Shown: piece after piece, positions 1 to 12,974 of the stretch
Layout: every line of letters begins with the position of its first letter
Position numbering within the stretch: the first letter of the stretch is position 1
NCBI RefSeq assembly: GCF_018977255.1
Contig: NW_024704743.1
Span: 102,922,001-102,986,000 of the forward strand
Direction: 5' to 3'
DNA length: 64,000 nucleotides
Source: Callorhinchus milii
Taxonomy: Eukaryota
The notes under the pieces: model-generated
Database searches by the model: none
What the model was told of the DNA's origin: nothing
The model's input: the letters and a program-made list of their open reading frames with translations, nothing else
Program-made: the position numbers and the translations under genes

Positions 1-2837
1 TACTCATTGTATTTGTCATGTGACAAATTTTGCTCCTTTTGCTAACTTTAGCAAAATTATTACGGTGGACTTATTATTAACCAATGTGACATTCTAAATG
101 ATAAATACAATTGAATTCTAACTACAACATTTAATTGCAACTATTTACAACTAAACATTTAGCAAATAGGAAAACGGGCACAACTATAGACAAATTTGCT
201 ACATTTAGTTAATGGAGCAGAATAACTCCTCATGAGTGAAATTGAAGTAGCTTAAAGTGCTCAGATCCCGAGTTTGTACCGCTGTCTGCATTACTCCATG
301 TTTAGTGTAACTTATTAATATATTTGCCACCTTTTTTACTGTGTTAGTTATGGGTGGTTAGGATGAAGCACAGCTTATTGGGTCTGTCTTGTTTGATATA
401 TCCTGCAGAGATGTCTTTACTATTGTGTATGATATAGCTGTTTGCATACTGCAGTGGGATTATGTAAGGATTCTCAGGCCTGAGCTCAAAATCTACCTAG
501 CCTTAGACTGGAAGACCATTGTGTCAGTAAGTTTCATAATGTGCAGAATTGTGGAAAATTCTTAAATTTAGTCTTAATTTCGAAGTCAGTTTTTTAGAAA
601 ATATTGGAATCATGCCTGTGAACTAAATCCTGCAATATCATGATACAGTCTATGAACTAATAATGCATTAAAAGGAAACTTGATGCACATATGAGAGAGA
701 AGGGAATAGAAGGCTATAGGAGATGTGAATATGAGGGCTGAGGGCTTGTGTGCAGTATAAAAAACAACAGAGTCGATAGACTAAATGATCTGTTTTGGTG
801 TTGTAACATTCTATAAAATTCAATGTAAGTTAGGATCACAGGCATGAAATTCCATTGGGTTTAAGCTTAAAACCATTTTCTTAGAAATTTAAGATTGTGG
901 GAAATTTTTTAATTGAGTCTTGAAATGGAAGTTCACTTTCTGCAGTTCTATCGAAGAGTTGTCAGAAATTGGCAATTTGAAGTGATTTTTTAAAAAAAAT
1001 GTAATAAAGCACAACTTGGATTTTAAAACAATAGTCTTAAATCCAGCAACATGCGAATAATTGGGCTCCAGAAATTCCTATCTAATTCCCCAGATCATTC
1101 TATAGAGTGAAATATGTTATACTTAAAGTGCTGGTGATATCTTGTGGCAAAATGCCAATACTGCAGCAAGCTTTGTCACATGAATGAGCTGCCTAGTATG
1201 GATAGCTTGAATCCTTTCTATGACATCCCAGTGTAATGTATCTACTCAGCACAATGAGACATGTATAGTTAGAATGAATCCTAGCTGAACACTCTGTGAC
1301 CCTACCCTGTATGAGGGGCGCAATATGAATGCACGTTGTTGTGAAACCTTTAAGCATAGGGATGGGTTGGCATATATGTCAAATACACTCAGCAGGCCAA
1401 AATAAATTACTGTCATTTGTTCTCATTACAGCGAACAGCAAACTTTCCACAAAAATCCCTAGAAATCATTTTAGCTTCTATTACACTTCATTAATTCTTG
1501 AAAAACAATCCATTTCCTGTTATTTTATAAACTTAGTTCTCATTAGCCGACTTTAAACAACACAAAATCACCTACACTTTAATAATAATATTTCCTGCAT
1601 TTGATATAAACGCTTTATTACTTCATCGAGATGTCTCAAAGCCCTTCACAGGTTATACTGGAGAGTGGATTGACTGTATATTTTTGAGTGTGGAACTTTA
1701 CAGTAAATCATGTGAAGCTCTTTGAGATGTCTTCCCAACATGAAAGGTCCTATATCAAATCAAGGATTATTGCTCTAATAATGTTATAAATTGACCATTT
1801 TGTAGTAACCATATTTATAACAACAACAATATTTTAAGAACTGTAATGGCCAAAGGGAATAAGGATCAGACGATAAAAATTTCACCAAGGTCCATAATTA
1901 AGAATTAACAACTTAGACTGTGCAAATTTCAGCCAAATCTTAAATTTTAGGAATTACAGAAAAATGGCTTTGAATTTCAGATTGAAATTATAGATTGCAT
2001 TTCCCCCACAAAATACTTTACAGTAAATTATGTGAAGCGTTTTGAGACGTCTCAAAGACATGATAAGGCACTATACGAAATGTAAGGATTATTATTGTTG
2101 GCTAAAAATTGCATGCTAATAAAAAGTGTCTAAGGCTTGACCAAGGTGGAATATCTTCCTTATGTCTGTAATGAAATGACATTGCTCACCAAACGGCTTA
2201 TTCTTGATCTTACATTTGTTTATGTGATCTTATTTCCTGGTCAACATTTTGAGCAAAATATTATTCCATAATTATTCCAATCATACCCATTTTAAGTGAT
2301 TCTGCACGTTTGCCTAATTTTATTTTATAATATTCTAGCATACAAATTTTTCGATGATTATTTTACCAGACATGAAGTAATTATCATGAGTTCCATTTAG
2401 AATGGTTTATTTTCACTGGCACAAAGTTACAGCTCAAAGCAATACTCTGGGCCTATGTTAAAAATTTATAACGACACGTCTTAGTACTTATTAAAACATG
2501 TGCACTAAGTTCGCTCAATGTTTAATTCACTCACTGACTGCTATAATAATGCCTTAAAGGTTGGTCATGCATGGTTTATGTCTGGAGTTGTCAACACACA
2601 TAGGTTCACCTTGATCAAGTTATGTAGCAGAAAGCAGCCCAGTGATGTGCATATACTTTCCTATTGCTTTTCACCAAAGCAGCACAGAGGAATCAATTGA
2701 CGGCATTTCAACTGCATCTGTTAAATGGTCATTTACTGACACAGTGCAGAATTTACCAGTGACAAGCTTAAATAGAGTTTTGACGATATAATATATACTG
2801 TCTACATTTATTTGAGCATTGGCCAAGGTCCCTATTA

Positions 2838-3420
2838 ATAATAAACTTTATATTTGGTATAGCATCTTTCACATCGGGAGGGCATCCCAAAGTCTTTCAC
2901 AGGATACATTGTAAAGTGCAGTGACTATGTTTTGCTGGCAAACATGACATCAATTTCCACACTGCCATGTCCCACAAGCAGCCATAAAATGAATAACCGA
3001 TTTTATTTGGGGGTTTGTTGGTCAGGATACCAGGGGAAATTCCCGTCTTTTTTTGAATAGTGCCATGAGATCTTAATGTCTACCTGAACAGGCAGACAAG
3101 GCCTCAGCTTATTGTTTCATGAAATGCTGTACGCTGTCCAGCGCCTTGGGACATCCTCCCGACGTGAAAGGCGCTATACAAATGTAATCTTGTTGTTGTT
3201 GTTGTTGCTCATCAGAAGGACAGCATCTTCAACAACACAGCACACTTCCAGCACTGCATAACGCACTCTGGGATGCTACACTGCATGAGGGGGGCTATAT
3301 AAATGCAAGTTATTGTTATCATTGGAGTGTCACCTTAGTCTATATTAGTCCAAGTCTGTAATTAGGGCTTGGACCCACAACCTTCTGACTCAGAGACAAG
3401 AGTGCTACCAATTGCCACAT
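2838..3420 (-). mobile_element. DeuSINE/SacSINE1-like SINE carrying two short L2-tail insertions
   Basis: Deu-like core tagtgccatgagatc...acctgaacaggcagac and tRNA-like head cccacaaccttctgactcagagacaagagtgctacc. Inserts at about 3121-3207 and 3262-3318. Confidence 0.8.
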
Positions 3421-5073
3421 ACCTGCATACAGAATTTCGACTCAAATGCTACTATCAGATGGAATATTTAAACTTTTTTTTTGGTGGGGGTACAAGAAAC
3501 ACAACCATAACATTTCAATTCAGTCTTGAAAGAAGTCGTCACAGAGGAGATTTTATAAAGCCAATGGGGGAAAGTCAGGTAAATTGGACAGAAAGGATTG
3601 ATTTTTACAAAACACAATGGGCTGAATGGCATTCTTCTGTGTTATAAATTTCTATGGTTCTTGGTAGATACAATTTCAAATGAGATTGAAAAGTAAACCC
3701 TGAACCAAATTTTCAGTTATATCATGACAGAAGTAGAGGTTTAGATTTCCAAATTGTGATTTCAGCATTTAGAGGGTAATCATCATTGACCTGGAATCGG
3801 TTGCCAGGAGGGGCAACCTGGCATCACTGGATTTATTTAAAAATATCTTGACACTGTGATTGTGGGTAGGGGGAAGTGTGGGTATTCTGCAAGGATGAGA
3901 TTAATTGAGCCAAAGGGTCTTTTTCATCCAAATATATCTTGTGACCTTGTAATTTTATATAGTTAATAACACAAAATTCAAGCTGCCTTTGTTCAAAACA
4001 TTGAAATGGACATTTTGGGTTGCCTCCTTAACCTGCTGCTGTTCAGTGAAGCTATCTGAAATAGTTCATCTCCTTTCATTAAGGATTGTTGCTACTAGCA
4101 ACACATAATAGAATAATGATTCTATTTCCGATGTAAAATGTTTTGCAATACTCTACCAGCTATTCCAAAGAATAATAATAATAGTCCTTATATTTGATAA
4201 AGCCTCTTTCATGCGGAAAGAACATATGTTTCACAGAATTTACTAAAAAGGATAGGAATTGCATTTGTGGGTGAACGCAACAGCCAATTTTGAACACAGC
4301 ATTGTTCCACAAGCAGCCATGAAGTGAATAAACAATTTTAGCCAGGGGATTACTCCTCTCAGTCTGATATATTCAAGACAAGCAAGGTTAAAGCTGCCTC
4401 AAAAAATACACCCAGATTAAATGTCATATTATTTTGCTCTATATTAAATTACTTATCAGATTAATGGATATAAAACATGTTTAATTATAGAATACCTCCA
4501 GCGTATGCGTAAACCCAATGTTGCTTATTGCTTCTAAATATCCTCCGTTCACAAATGTCAGCATTGCACAGTATAGTTTCTCAGAAAGGTTTTTAAAATT
4601 GTATCAATCTGGAATTGCTTCCAAGCACTAACACCAGTGTTTGCTGTTACAGGCGTATCGAGTTGCTTCTTATTCACAAAATAAAATTTAGTCTCCAGCC
4701 CAACACTATAGATTTTAAAATTCAGACAGTTTATTTGTCCCTTATTATAGAGGAGCATGAACAATTTGTTTTGCCAAACTGTTCATCTGTGTTCACAAAC
4801 CAACAACAGAGATAAATGTGCTGAATGTGAAGCGAGGGAAACATTTGAGATTATTTTTGTGCTGTGTTGCTTGACTACTTTGATGGGCTCAACAAACCCA
4901 CATCTGAAGAGGTAAGAGACTCTCCACCAGCCTGGCACAAAATTAGATTGCATCCTCTCATTGAAAAAAAACAATATCCTGAATCCCAGCTGCTGAAGAG
5001 CGTTATAATCCAAATCTTTTAGCTTTAGGATTTATTTTATTTACCTGCTACAGATAAAATATAATCTAATTGT

Positions 5074-5388
5074 GGAGTCCTGTAGCTCAGTGGTTAAAGC
5101 ACTCGCCTTGCAAGCGAGACACCTGGGTTCAATTGCAGGCAGAGTGAAACCTTGGGCAAGTTTCCTTACGCCACACGCCTAATGATAATCCCTCCAAAAC
5201 AAAACAATAATAAATTGATCATTTTCAATCCACAACTGTTTGTGGGACACTGCTGTGCGCAATTAGCTGCCGCGTTTCGCCCACAAATATATGGTCAATT
5301 CACTTACAGTCTATTCTGTGAAGCGCTTTGAGATGTCTAGAAGACATGGAAAGCGCTATATCAAATGCAAAGATTCTTATTATTATTA
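5074..5388 (+). mobile_element. tRNA-derived SINE, short subfamily, full length, L2-type tail
   Basis: Head GGAGTCCTGTAGCTCAGTGGTT (A box) ... GGGTTCAATT (B box); tail gcgctatatcaaatgcaa plus (ATT)n. Confidence 0.9.
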
Positions 5389-7012
5389 CAGATATATAAG
5401 GTAACAAAATACACACAGTCACACCATTTTACAGTACAGTATCTTGTGAAGTGCATTGAGATGCACTAAACCATATCAAATGCACAGAGTATTATAAGGA
5501 AACATGTAATCTGCATTCTAAAGGTTCGGATTCTAGATTTGTAAAATGGCCCATTTTGAATCAATAATGGTGGAGGAAACCAGTCTGATATATTCAAGAC
5601 AAGCAAGGTTAAAGTTCCTTCAAAAAATACACCTTCTAAGCTGTAAAGAATGACAGTCTCAAAGAATCTTTGACAATTAATTCATATTATTTCTGGTGAA
5701 CACAAGTAAAGGTTTAAAAACCGCCGCTGTTAAAGATTATATTTTCTAATTCAATTTCAACAATTTACAGCAATTCCAATCAATAATTACGATCAACACT
5801 TTATATATTTTAAACAGAAACACTTCTCTTTCCTTCATAGTCATCATGCATCATCACTGTTTCACTGTTCTTTCAGAGGAAACTCGCAATTACTTTTGCG
5901 TATCTGGCCTATTTAATTTTTTTCTTTGTGTTTCTGGTTGTTTCTGGATCTTTGTATCACACCTTCCTTTCTTCTTCATTTCAGCTTCTCTCTTTATCTT
6001 TTGCTTTATAAAACAGCACAATGGGTTTATACAACAAAGTGTGCTTTTGCTTTTAAATAAAATTATTTTTATTGCTTTCAATTTGCTATTTTCAAACAAT
6101 TTATAATAATAATCCTTACATTTGATATAGCACTTTTTCACTTCTTCAAGATGCCTCAAAGCTCTTCACAGAATATATTGTAAAGTGAATTGATTGTATA
6201 TTTTGTTGGTGAAATTTCTTCCCAATGTGCAACCTTGCAGAGTATTTATTCAGCAAGATGTGTAACATTGGTCTCTTTTCATCACCGGCTTTTTTATTTA
6301 CTTTGATTTTGCTTTTAAATCCCCTTTCTCTCTCCTAAAGGTGTCAGTCTTGTTGCAATATGATTCCACAAGGAGAACCTACTTTCCAATAATTCGCCCA
6401 ATTGCCAATAATTTTCATTTAACTCTACCAATGAGTGTCAATTTGCCTCCGGTTTGAAGGATATTGTTTGAGTGATGATTAGATAGACAATAGCTTATCT
6501 TGTCAATATGAAAGGCGCTATATCAACTGCAAGAATTATCATAATGTTAAGCATGGTGACAGGTACTATCCTGCTGATCAAACAAAAATCTGGCTTCATA
6601 CAGATTGCTATCAATACATTCATGTCTGAAATAGATACAGCATCAGGACCTGTTAAGCAAAGTAAATTGCTGCACAACATGTGCTGTACAGTAAATGCTG
6701 CAAATTCTTTGGCTTGGAGAACTGATGCTTAACAATATACTCGTGTAGCTCAATGTGATATTGAGTTGCAGTAAAATAACAACCCTCTGTAGGTGTTGGA
6801 AACTGAAGAAAAATATTGATTCAGCATTAGTTTAGTCAAATAACATTTCTATTTTATTGTCTGGTTAAATTTATGTGGGTGACTCAGAGTTTGTAATCGT
6901 CAAGCAAATTCAAAATGCCACAACATTTTGCGAATGCATAAATTCATCCTTTGAATATTTTGAATATCCCATCTTGCTTTGAGGGCTTTAAAACCTTTAT
7001 TGCATTAAGACA

Positions 7013-7490
7013 GGTGTCAGAGTTGCTCAGTTACTAGCTCTCTTGCCTTTGAGTCATGAGATTATGGGTTCAAGCCCCACATACGGCTTCAAGTTCATGA
7101 TCTAGGCTGACAGTCCAAATGGATTGTCAGAGGTGCCATCCTTCACGCTCGGTTTTTCTCTTTGACCGAGCCTTCAGCTCCCCTCTCGACTCTCTTCCCC
7201 CTTCTCGCTCCCTCCCATCCCTCCCCTCACCCTGACCATTTCCCCCCTCCTCGCTCCCTCCCCTCCCCTCACCCTGACCATTTCCCCCCTGCTCGGGTCA
7301 TGACCCAACTGTGCAGCGCCTTGGGACGTCCTCCTGACGTGAAAGGCGCTTTATAAATGGAATCTTGTTGTTGTTGATGAGCCCTTAAAGCAATGTCCAT
7401 CTGCTTGTTCAGGTAGACTTTAAAGATTCCATAGCTGCATTCCAAAAAAAAGGGCAGTTTCTCCTGGTATCCTGGCCAAAAATGTGTATT
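7013..7490 (+). mobile_element. DeuSINE-like SINE split by an L2 3' fragment (about 7146-7376)
   Basis: Head gctcagttactagctctcttgcctttgagtc; core resumes at gatgagccc...ctgcttgttcagg after a (TTG)n tail. Confidence 0.8.
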
Positions 7491-8175
7491 GTGTCATAGG
7501 TGCTGTCTCAAATGCAAGTATTTTTATTATTTATGAATAATAATTCATTATTTTAATAGAAAATGAATAAAAACAGTTGAATACCTGATTTACCATAATC
7601 TTATGTTCTGTATTATGAAAGCAAATTTTGTTTCATCATCTCTCAGTGATAAGCAATGAGTAATCAGGAACAAATTGAGTGGCTCTTGGTAACATTGCTA
7701 TTTGTATCATTTACTTTCAGTGCACGATTATGTGAAAAGTTGTTTTTTCAAAATCTAAGCAATTTTTTCCACAATTCAACGTAATTTTCTGTGTCAATTC
7801 AAAATATTGACTGAACAGGAACAGCACTTCTAGCATTGCATTAAACCCGCACAATAGCTGATCATAAAATATTACTTCAAGCAATTTACTGACATTATAG
7901 GGCAAAGCATTTTTTTAACACTTTAGAACTAATCACATCTGAACTGGTTTATCTTAAAGACTGGAGTCATAGCATCATTGTATATATCCAAATAATAATA
8001 ATGTAATAATAATTCTTGTGTTTGATTATAGCACATTTCATTTTGCAAGGGCATCTTAAGGTCCATGGAATTTACTATAGCAGCCAAATTATGCACAGCT
8101 ATGTCCCACAAACAGCCATTTTGGCCAATCTTATCTGGTGGTTTCTTGAGAATGACAATGGGAGAAATTTCTTTC

Positions 8176-8852
8176 TGTAGGATTTCTGTAATTAATATGT
8201 TAAATAATATCTCAAATTATAGTTGCAATGTTTATATATTTGGGACATATGATCAATCTCATGTGAGGGGAGTTGATTGTGACTAGCTTCAAAGAAGATT
8301 CTTGCTCAAGGAGGAGAAACAAAAGACTGTTTATAAACAACAAACTGTTTTCATTCTTTATCAGTCATTTTCTCATGGAAACATTGTCTGCAACTGGAGA
8401 GAGCTATGTTGTATTTGTTTTTATAAAGGAACCATCTTGCAAACGACAATAGGTGAAAGGTCACCTAATCAACAGTATAAATGGAGATCGATTTATAAGA
8501 GAAAGAGAGTAGGAAGAAATTGGAATCTGGAGTCGTGAACCATATTCCAGCTTCTAAAGAAGGAAGATCAAGACAACAATTTAAACAACACTAAACGTAC
8601 AATAATACCTGGATAAGTTTGGGTGATATCGAACCGGGAACCATACAACAATACTTGGATACCTTTTGAGGACTTATATTTGGATTCAAATGGGACATTA
8701 AACTGGACATTGCTTGTCTATCTCTCCCGCAGCATTTGGTTTGGTCAACTTAAATCGTTGTGAACTACAGTATACGTGGATACGTAAGCATTCAATGTAT
8801 TTTTTTTAATTACTTATAACCATTATTAATCTGAATTAATAAACCTTGATTA
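8176..8852 (+). mobile_element. Possible solo-LTR-like sequence
   Basis: TG start, TATAAA at about 8476, AATAAA at about 8838 and composition distinct from the flanks. No TSD or internal ORF seen. Confidence 0.3.
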
Positions 8853-10496
8853 ATTAATAATAATAATAATCCTTGCATTTGATATAGCGCTTTTCACGTC
8901 CCAAAACGCTTCACTTTACAGTGTGTTCTGTGAAGCGTTTTGGGACGTCCTCCTGACGTGAAAAGTGCTATATCAAATGCAAGGATTATTATTATTATTA
9001 TTATGGAGGCTCAGTAGATTTAGTAGGTATTAAAGTATGAGATTTCCTGACTTATGCTCAATGCTGTTCATAAAGTATTGTTAAAGCATAGTTAAAGTAT
9101 TGCCAATGTGCTATATGTATTGTTTTTGTGTGGCTGTGCCGCATTCGGGAAAGTTATTGTTTACTGGTTCTTGTCGGAATAAATGAGAATAATTCAAGAG
9201 AAATAAAGTGTTGTGTGAGATAGCTCTGACTGCACTTATATCTTCGACAAAATTGAGAAGTAAAGGATCGTGACTTTCAGCGTGCACCTGAAAGGAGCCT
9301 GTAATCCACATGTAAAGAAGAGATAAGATACTGTGACAACTTGAATAAGCAGATGTGGCCTCGGATTAATATCTCATCTGAAGGATGGCACCTCCAACAA
9401 AGAGCACTTCATTGGAGTATCAATCGAGACTACATGAGTTCCAATCCTACTTGGGGATTGTACCTGCAACCTTCTGGCTCAAGAGACAAGCGTTGTAAAA
9501 TGAGCATTAATAGCGTTGGAGAGGGAAGGACTGCAGTTCATGATAACGATAATCATCACTTACCAGCGATTACTATCACAAGGACAGCATGTGTGATCCT
9601 TTGAGTTGTTTTATGATTTTTCAGATCCGCTCAGGCAGAAACACACCGAAAGAGATCCAGTGTATTGCACCTCGATTGATGAAACCGATGCTCAAGTGGG
9701 TTCTTCTGAGGTAACAGGAGCATAACCCAGGATCCACCATCACAGTCAGACAGCAGGTATTAGGCAATCATTGAAGTACTATGAGGGAATCCCTACTCTG
9801 AGTGCTTCGGCAGCCTAAAGCCCAACAGCTCAAGTCAACTATGGAAGAATCCTTTTCAGATTGGAGATAAGGAGTGGAGTGCACGCTGTCTGAAATTTCA
9901 TATACCAAAGATCACAAAAAATAGTGTCAGACAGGTTTGTGTCTCAAATCCATTTTACTGTCTAGTTTAAGATCTGAACTCAGATATGGGAGGCTAGGTC
10001 TGTAAGTCTGTAACCTAGTGAAAGCTGTTTATGTGCACGGATCATGAATTTACATTACATTATGCAAATGTTTGTGGCCTTCAGGCACATCTGTCATCGT
10101 TTGCTATTATTCCAGCTACTGATAATTCTGGCATACAAGCTAAGATGTCTATGGTTTATTCATAACTGACCAAGGTGAGAACAAGGTATTGTTTGTCCCC
10201 TGCTGTATTTCAACAGAATAGTGTCAACATAGTGGCAGACATTGCAAGTTTAGACTGACACCCACACATAGGAAACATTTACAAACAAATGCATTCCTAA
10301 ATCTCTGAATATAAATAATACTCCTTCATTTGATATAGCACTTTTCATATTGGAGGGATGCCTCAAAGTGCTTTTACAATAAAGGACAGTGTCTGTGTAT
10401 TTTGTAGGTGAATGGTGCCATGAGATCTTCAATGTTCACCTGAACAGACACCTACAGGACATCAGATTAACGTTTCTTCCAAAGGCAGCAATGCTG

Positions 10497-10868
10497 TATT
10501 GTAGTTTAGTGGTGAGAGCACTCACCTTGCAAGCAAGAGGACTTAGGTTCTGTTCCTGGCAGGGTGAAATATTGGCCAAGTTTCTTTACTCCACATGCTT
10601 CTGTTTACCTAGCTGTAAGTAGGAACCCTGTTGTTAAGTCTATTGGCGGATCGTTTTTCCGCAAATAATAATGCCTTCAAAAAAAATAATAATTTGTTTC
10701 AGTCAATCCACGACTGTTAGTGGGACACTGCTATGCGGAATTGGCTGTTGTGTTTACCCATAAAATACACAGGTCAATTCATTTTACAGTGTATTCTGTG
10801 AAACGCTTTGAGATTTCTCGAAGACGTGATAACGCGCTATATCAAATGCAAGGATTATTATTATTATT
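10497..10868 (+). mobile_element. tRNA-derived SINE, long subfamily
   Basis: Same head and tail as the 5074 copy, plus internal segment ctgtttacctagctgtaagtaggaaccc...gcggatcgtttttcc. Confidence 0.88.
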
Positions 10869-10875
10869 GTCTCCA

Positions 10876-11210
10876 ATAATAATAATAATAATAATAATAA
10901 TAATCCTTGCATTTGATATAGCGCTTTTCACGTCGGGAGGACGTCCCAAAGCGCTTCACAGAACACACTGTAAAGTGAATTGACTGTGTATTTGTGGGCG
11001 AACGCGGCAGCCAATTGCGCACAGCAGTGTCCCACAAACAGTCGTAGAATGAAAATGACCAATTTATTATTGTTTTGGGTTTTGGAGGGATTATTATTAG
11101 GCGTGTGGAGTAAGGAAACTTGCCCAAGGTTTCGCCCTGACCTGCCTGGAATTGAACTCGGGTCTCTCACTTGCAAAGCGAGTGCTCTAACCACTGAGCT
11201 ACAGGACTCC
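10876..11210 (-). mobile_element. tRNA-derived SINE, short subfamily, young copy
   Basis: Reverse complement of the 5074-type element with a long (ATT)n tail and retained CpGs. Confidence 0.92.
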
Positions 11211-12711
11211 ACAAATATATATCACTACCACAGCACTGGACTGAGGGTCAGCCTAAGCTATGAATACAAAGTCCCGACAGAGGGTCTTGAATCCATAAGC
11301 TTCTAATTCAGAGATAAGAGGTCTAGCAAATGAGCCAGGCTGGCACCTAATTTATCTTTTTCCGAAAAAAGGCAAATGCATCAGAATAGAGTTAAACTTA
11401 GCAAGATGAACTACAGAGCTCCAACTCACTGAATGAATCTGAAGACAAAAGAGTTCACATTGTTGATTTATTTCTGGTAGACAAAATAATGTTATAATTG
11501 TTTCATAAACCATTTTGACCATACCTGTGGAAATTATATATGCCATTACAAATTTCTAATTAGCTTAGTTGGTAGCTCTCTGGTCAGAAGGCTACGGATT
11601 TGCTTACCACAAAAATTGAGCTCAGATCCCAAGCTGAGCCTTCTGTTGCAGTATTGCACTCATGTAGGTGAAGCTTTGAACAAGCTCTTGTCTTATGCTT
11701 CAATAAATCAGGTGGCTGTTAGAGATTCTAAGAAACTACTTTGAAGAAATGACTGAAACATTGTGTTGTTTTAGTCAATATTCCACCTGATTGAAATACA
11801 CCAAATAAAAACAAATTATTTGACCATTCATTCCTTGGATTGCACTAGTCACTCTCCAGTTTAAAAACTACCAGTTTGCAAACTACCAGCACTATATGCC
11901 AAACATATTTTTACTTGGCTAACTGTGATATTAAAGTGTTTTAATTCCATGTCAGTGGGAACATCACACCGAAGCTCTCGGCAAACAGAGACTATCCTTC
12001 AGCATTGTACGATTTCAGCAATAAACAATACTTTTGCCATCCAGGTTGGTGCATAACAGCCAGTGACATCTTCACAATGTCTATTAAGCTCTAAAAATTG
12101 GCAGACATCTCCTGCAGTGTGCATACCATATGAATAACTTATCATATGTTGACACATTGTTCACGTTACGTGATCCCATTTCTTAAGGATCTTCTATAAA
12201 AAAGTGCATATTTCCTGTAATTCTTAAAATAAATACATGAAGAGACTGGGTTCAATAGTAAGCCCGTTTCTTTAGAATCTGACAAATTCTGGACATTGAA
12301 ATATTACGTTAATAAAGTAAATCTAGACCCAGTTGAAATTTCTACCCAGTTGTGTGCTAATTATTACTGGTGATGGAACATTCTGCTCCTTTAAAAAATG
12401 TTACTTGAACCAGCAGTGAAATATTGCCATCTGGCTTAAGAACTGGAGAAACTGGTCCCATAATAAGTGAAGGAAGAATGAATAGGAGACGGTAAAACAA
12501 TTGTGGATGTAATTACATTGAGGATAAGCATTTCCAGTGAGGTGATTATCAGTTGTAAAGAAAAACAATGAAAAGTACCTCTGACCATGACAAGATAAAT
12601 AATATCAAAGCAAGAAAAATGAGAGAGTGTTTGGAAACCAGAGGTGAGAGAAAAATGATCTGTCAGATTACAAGCATTTTCTGGTACACTGTGAAAAGTG
12701 GAAGCGATAAT

Positions 12712-12970
12712 GTGTCAGCCTAGTTCAGTTGCTAGCACTCTCGCCTCCAGGTCAGAAGGTTGTAGATTCAAGTTATATAACGGGGAGTTTGAGCTTCTGT
12801 ACCATACTGTTACTCCAGGGCAGTGCTGCAGAGCCTGAAATGCCACCCTTTTGGATGAAATGTTAAATTAGGTACTGTCTGCCTACTCAGGTGGACTTTA
12901 AAGAACTTGTGAACATTCAAAAAAAGAAGAGAATTTCTTCCAGGATTTTAGACATCAATCCTTCAGTTAA
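12712..12970 (+). mobile_element. DeuSINE-like SINE 5' part (3' part resumes at about 13960-14078 after an L2 insertion)
   Basis: Head gtgtcagcctagttcagttgctagcactctcgcctc and core ggatgaaatgttaaa...ctcaggtggac. Confidence 0.75.
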
Positions 12971-12974
12971 AAAT

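Larger units (their letters stand above)
10313..11347 (-). mobile_element. DeuSINE-like SINE in two pieces (10313-10492 and 11224-11347) split by two tRNA-SINEs
   Basis: Tail and core at left; head ataagcttctaattcagagataagag...gagccaggctggcac at right. Confidence 0.7.

Noticed and set aside
5074..5145. tRNA gene (A/B boxes, TGC anticodon-like loop); same at 37221 and 11140-11210
   Set aside because: Each continues into a common SINE body and tail and lacks a proper acceptor stem and terminator. These are SINE heads.
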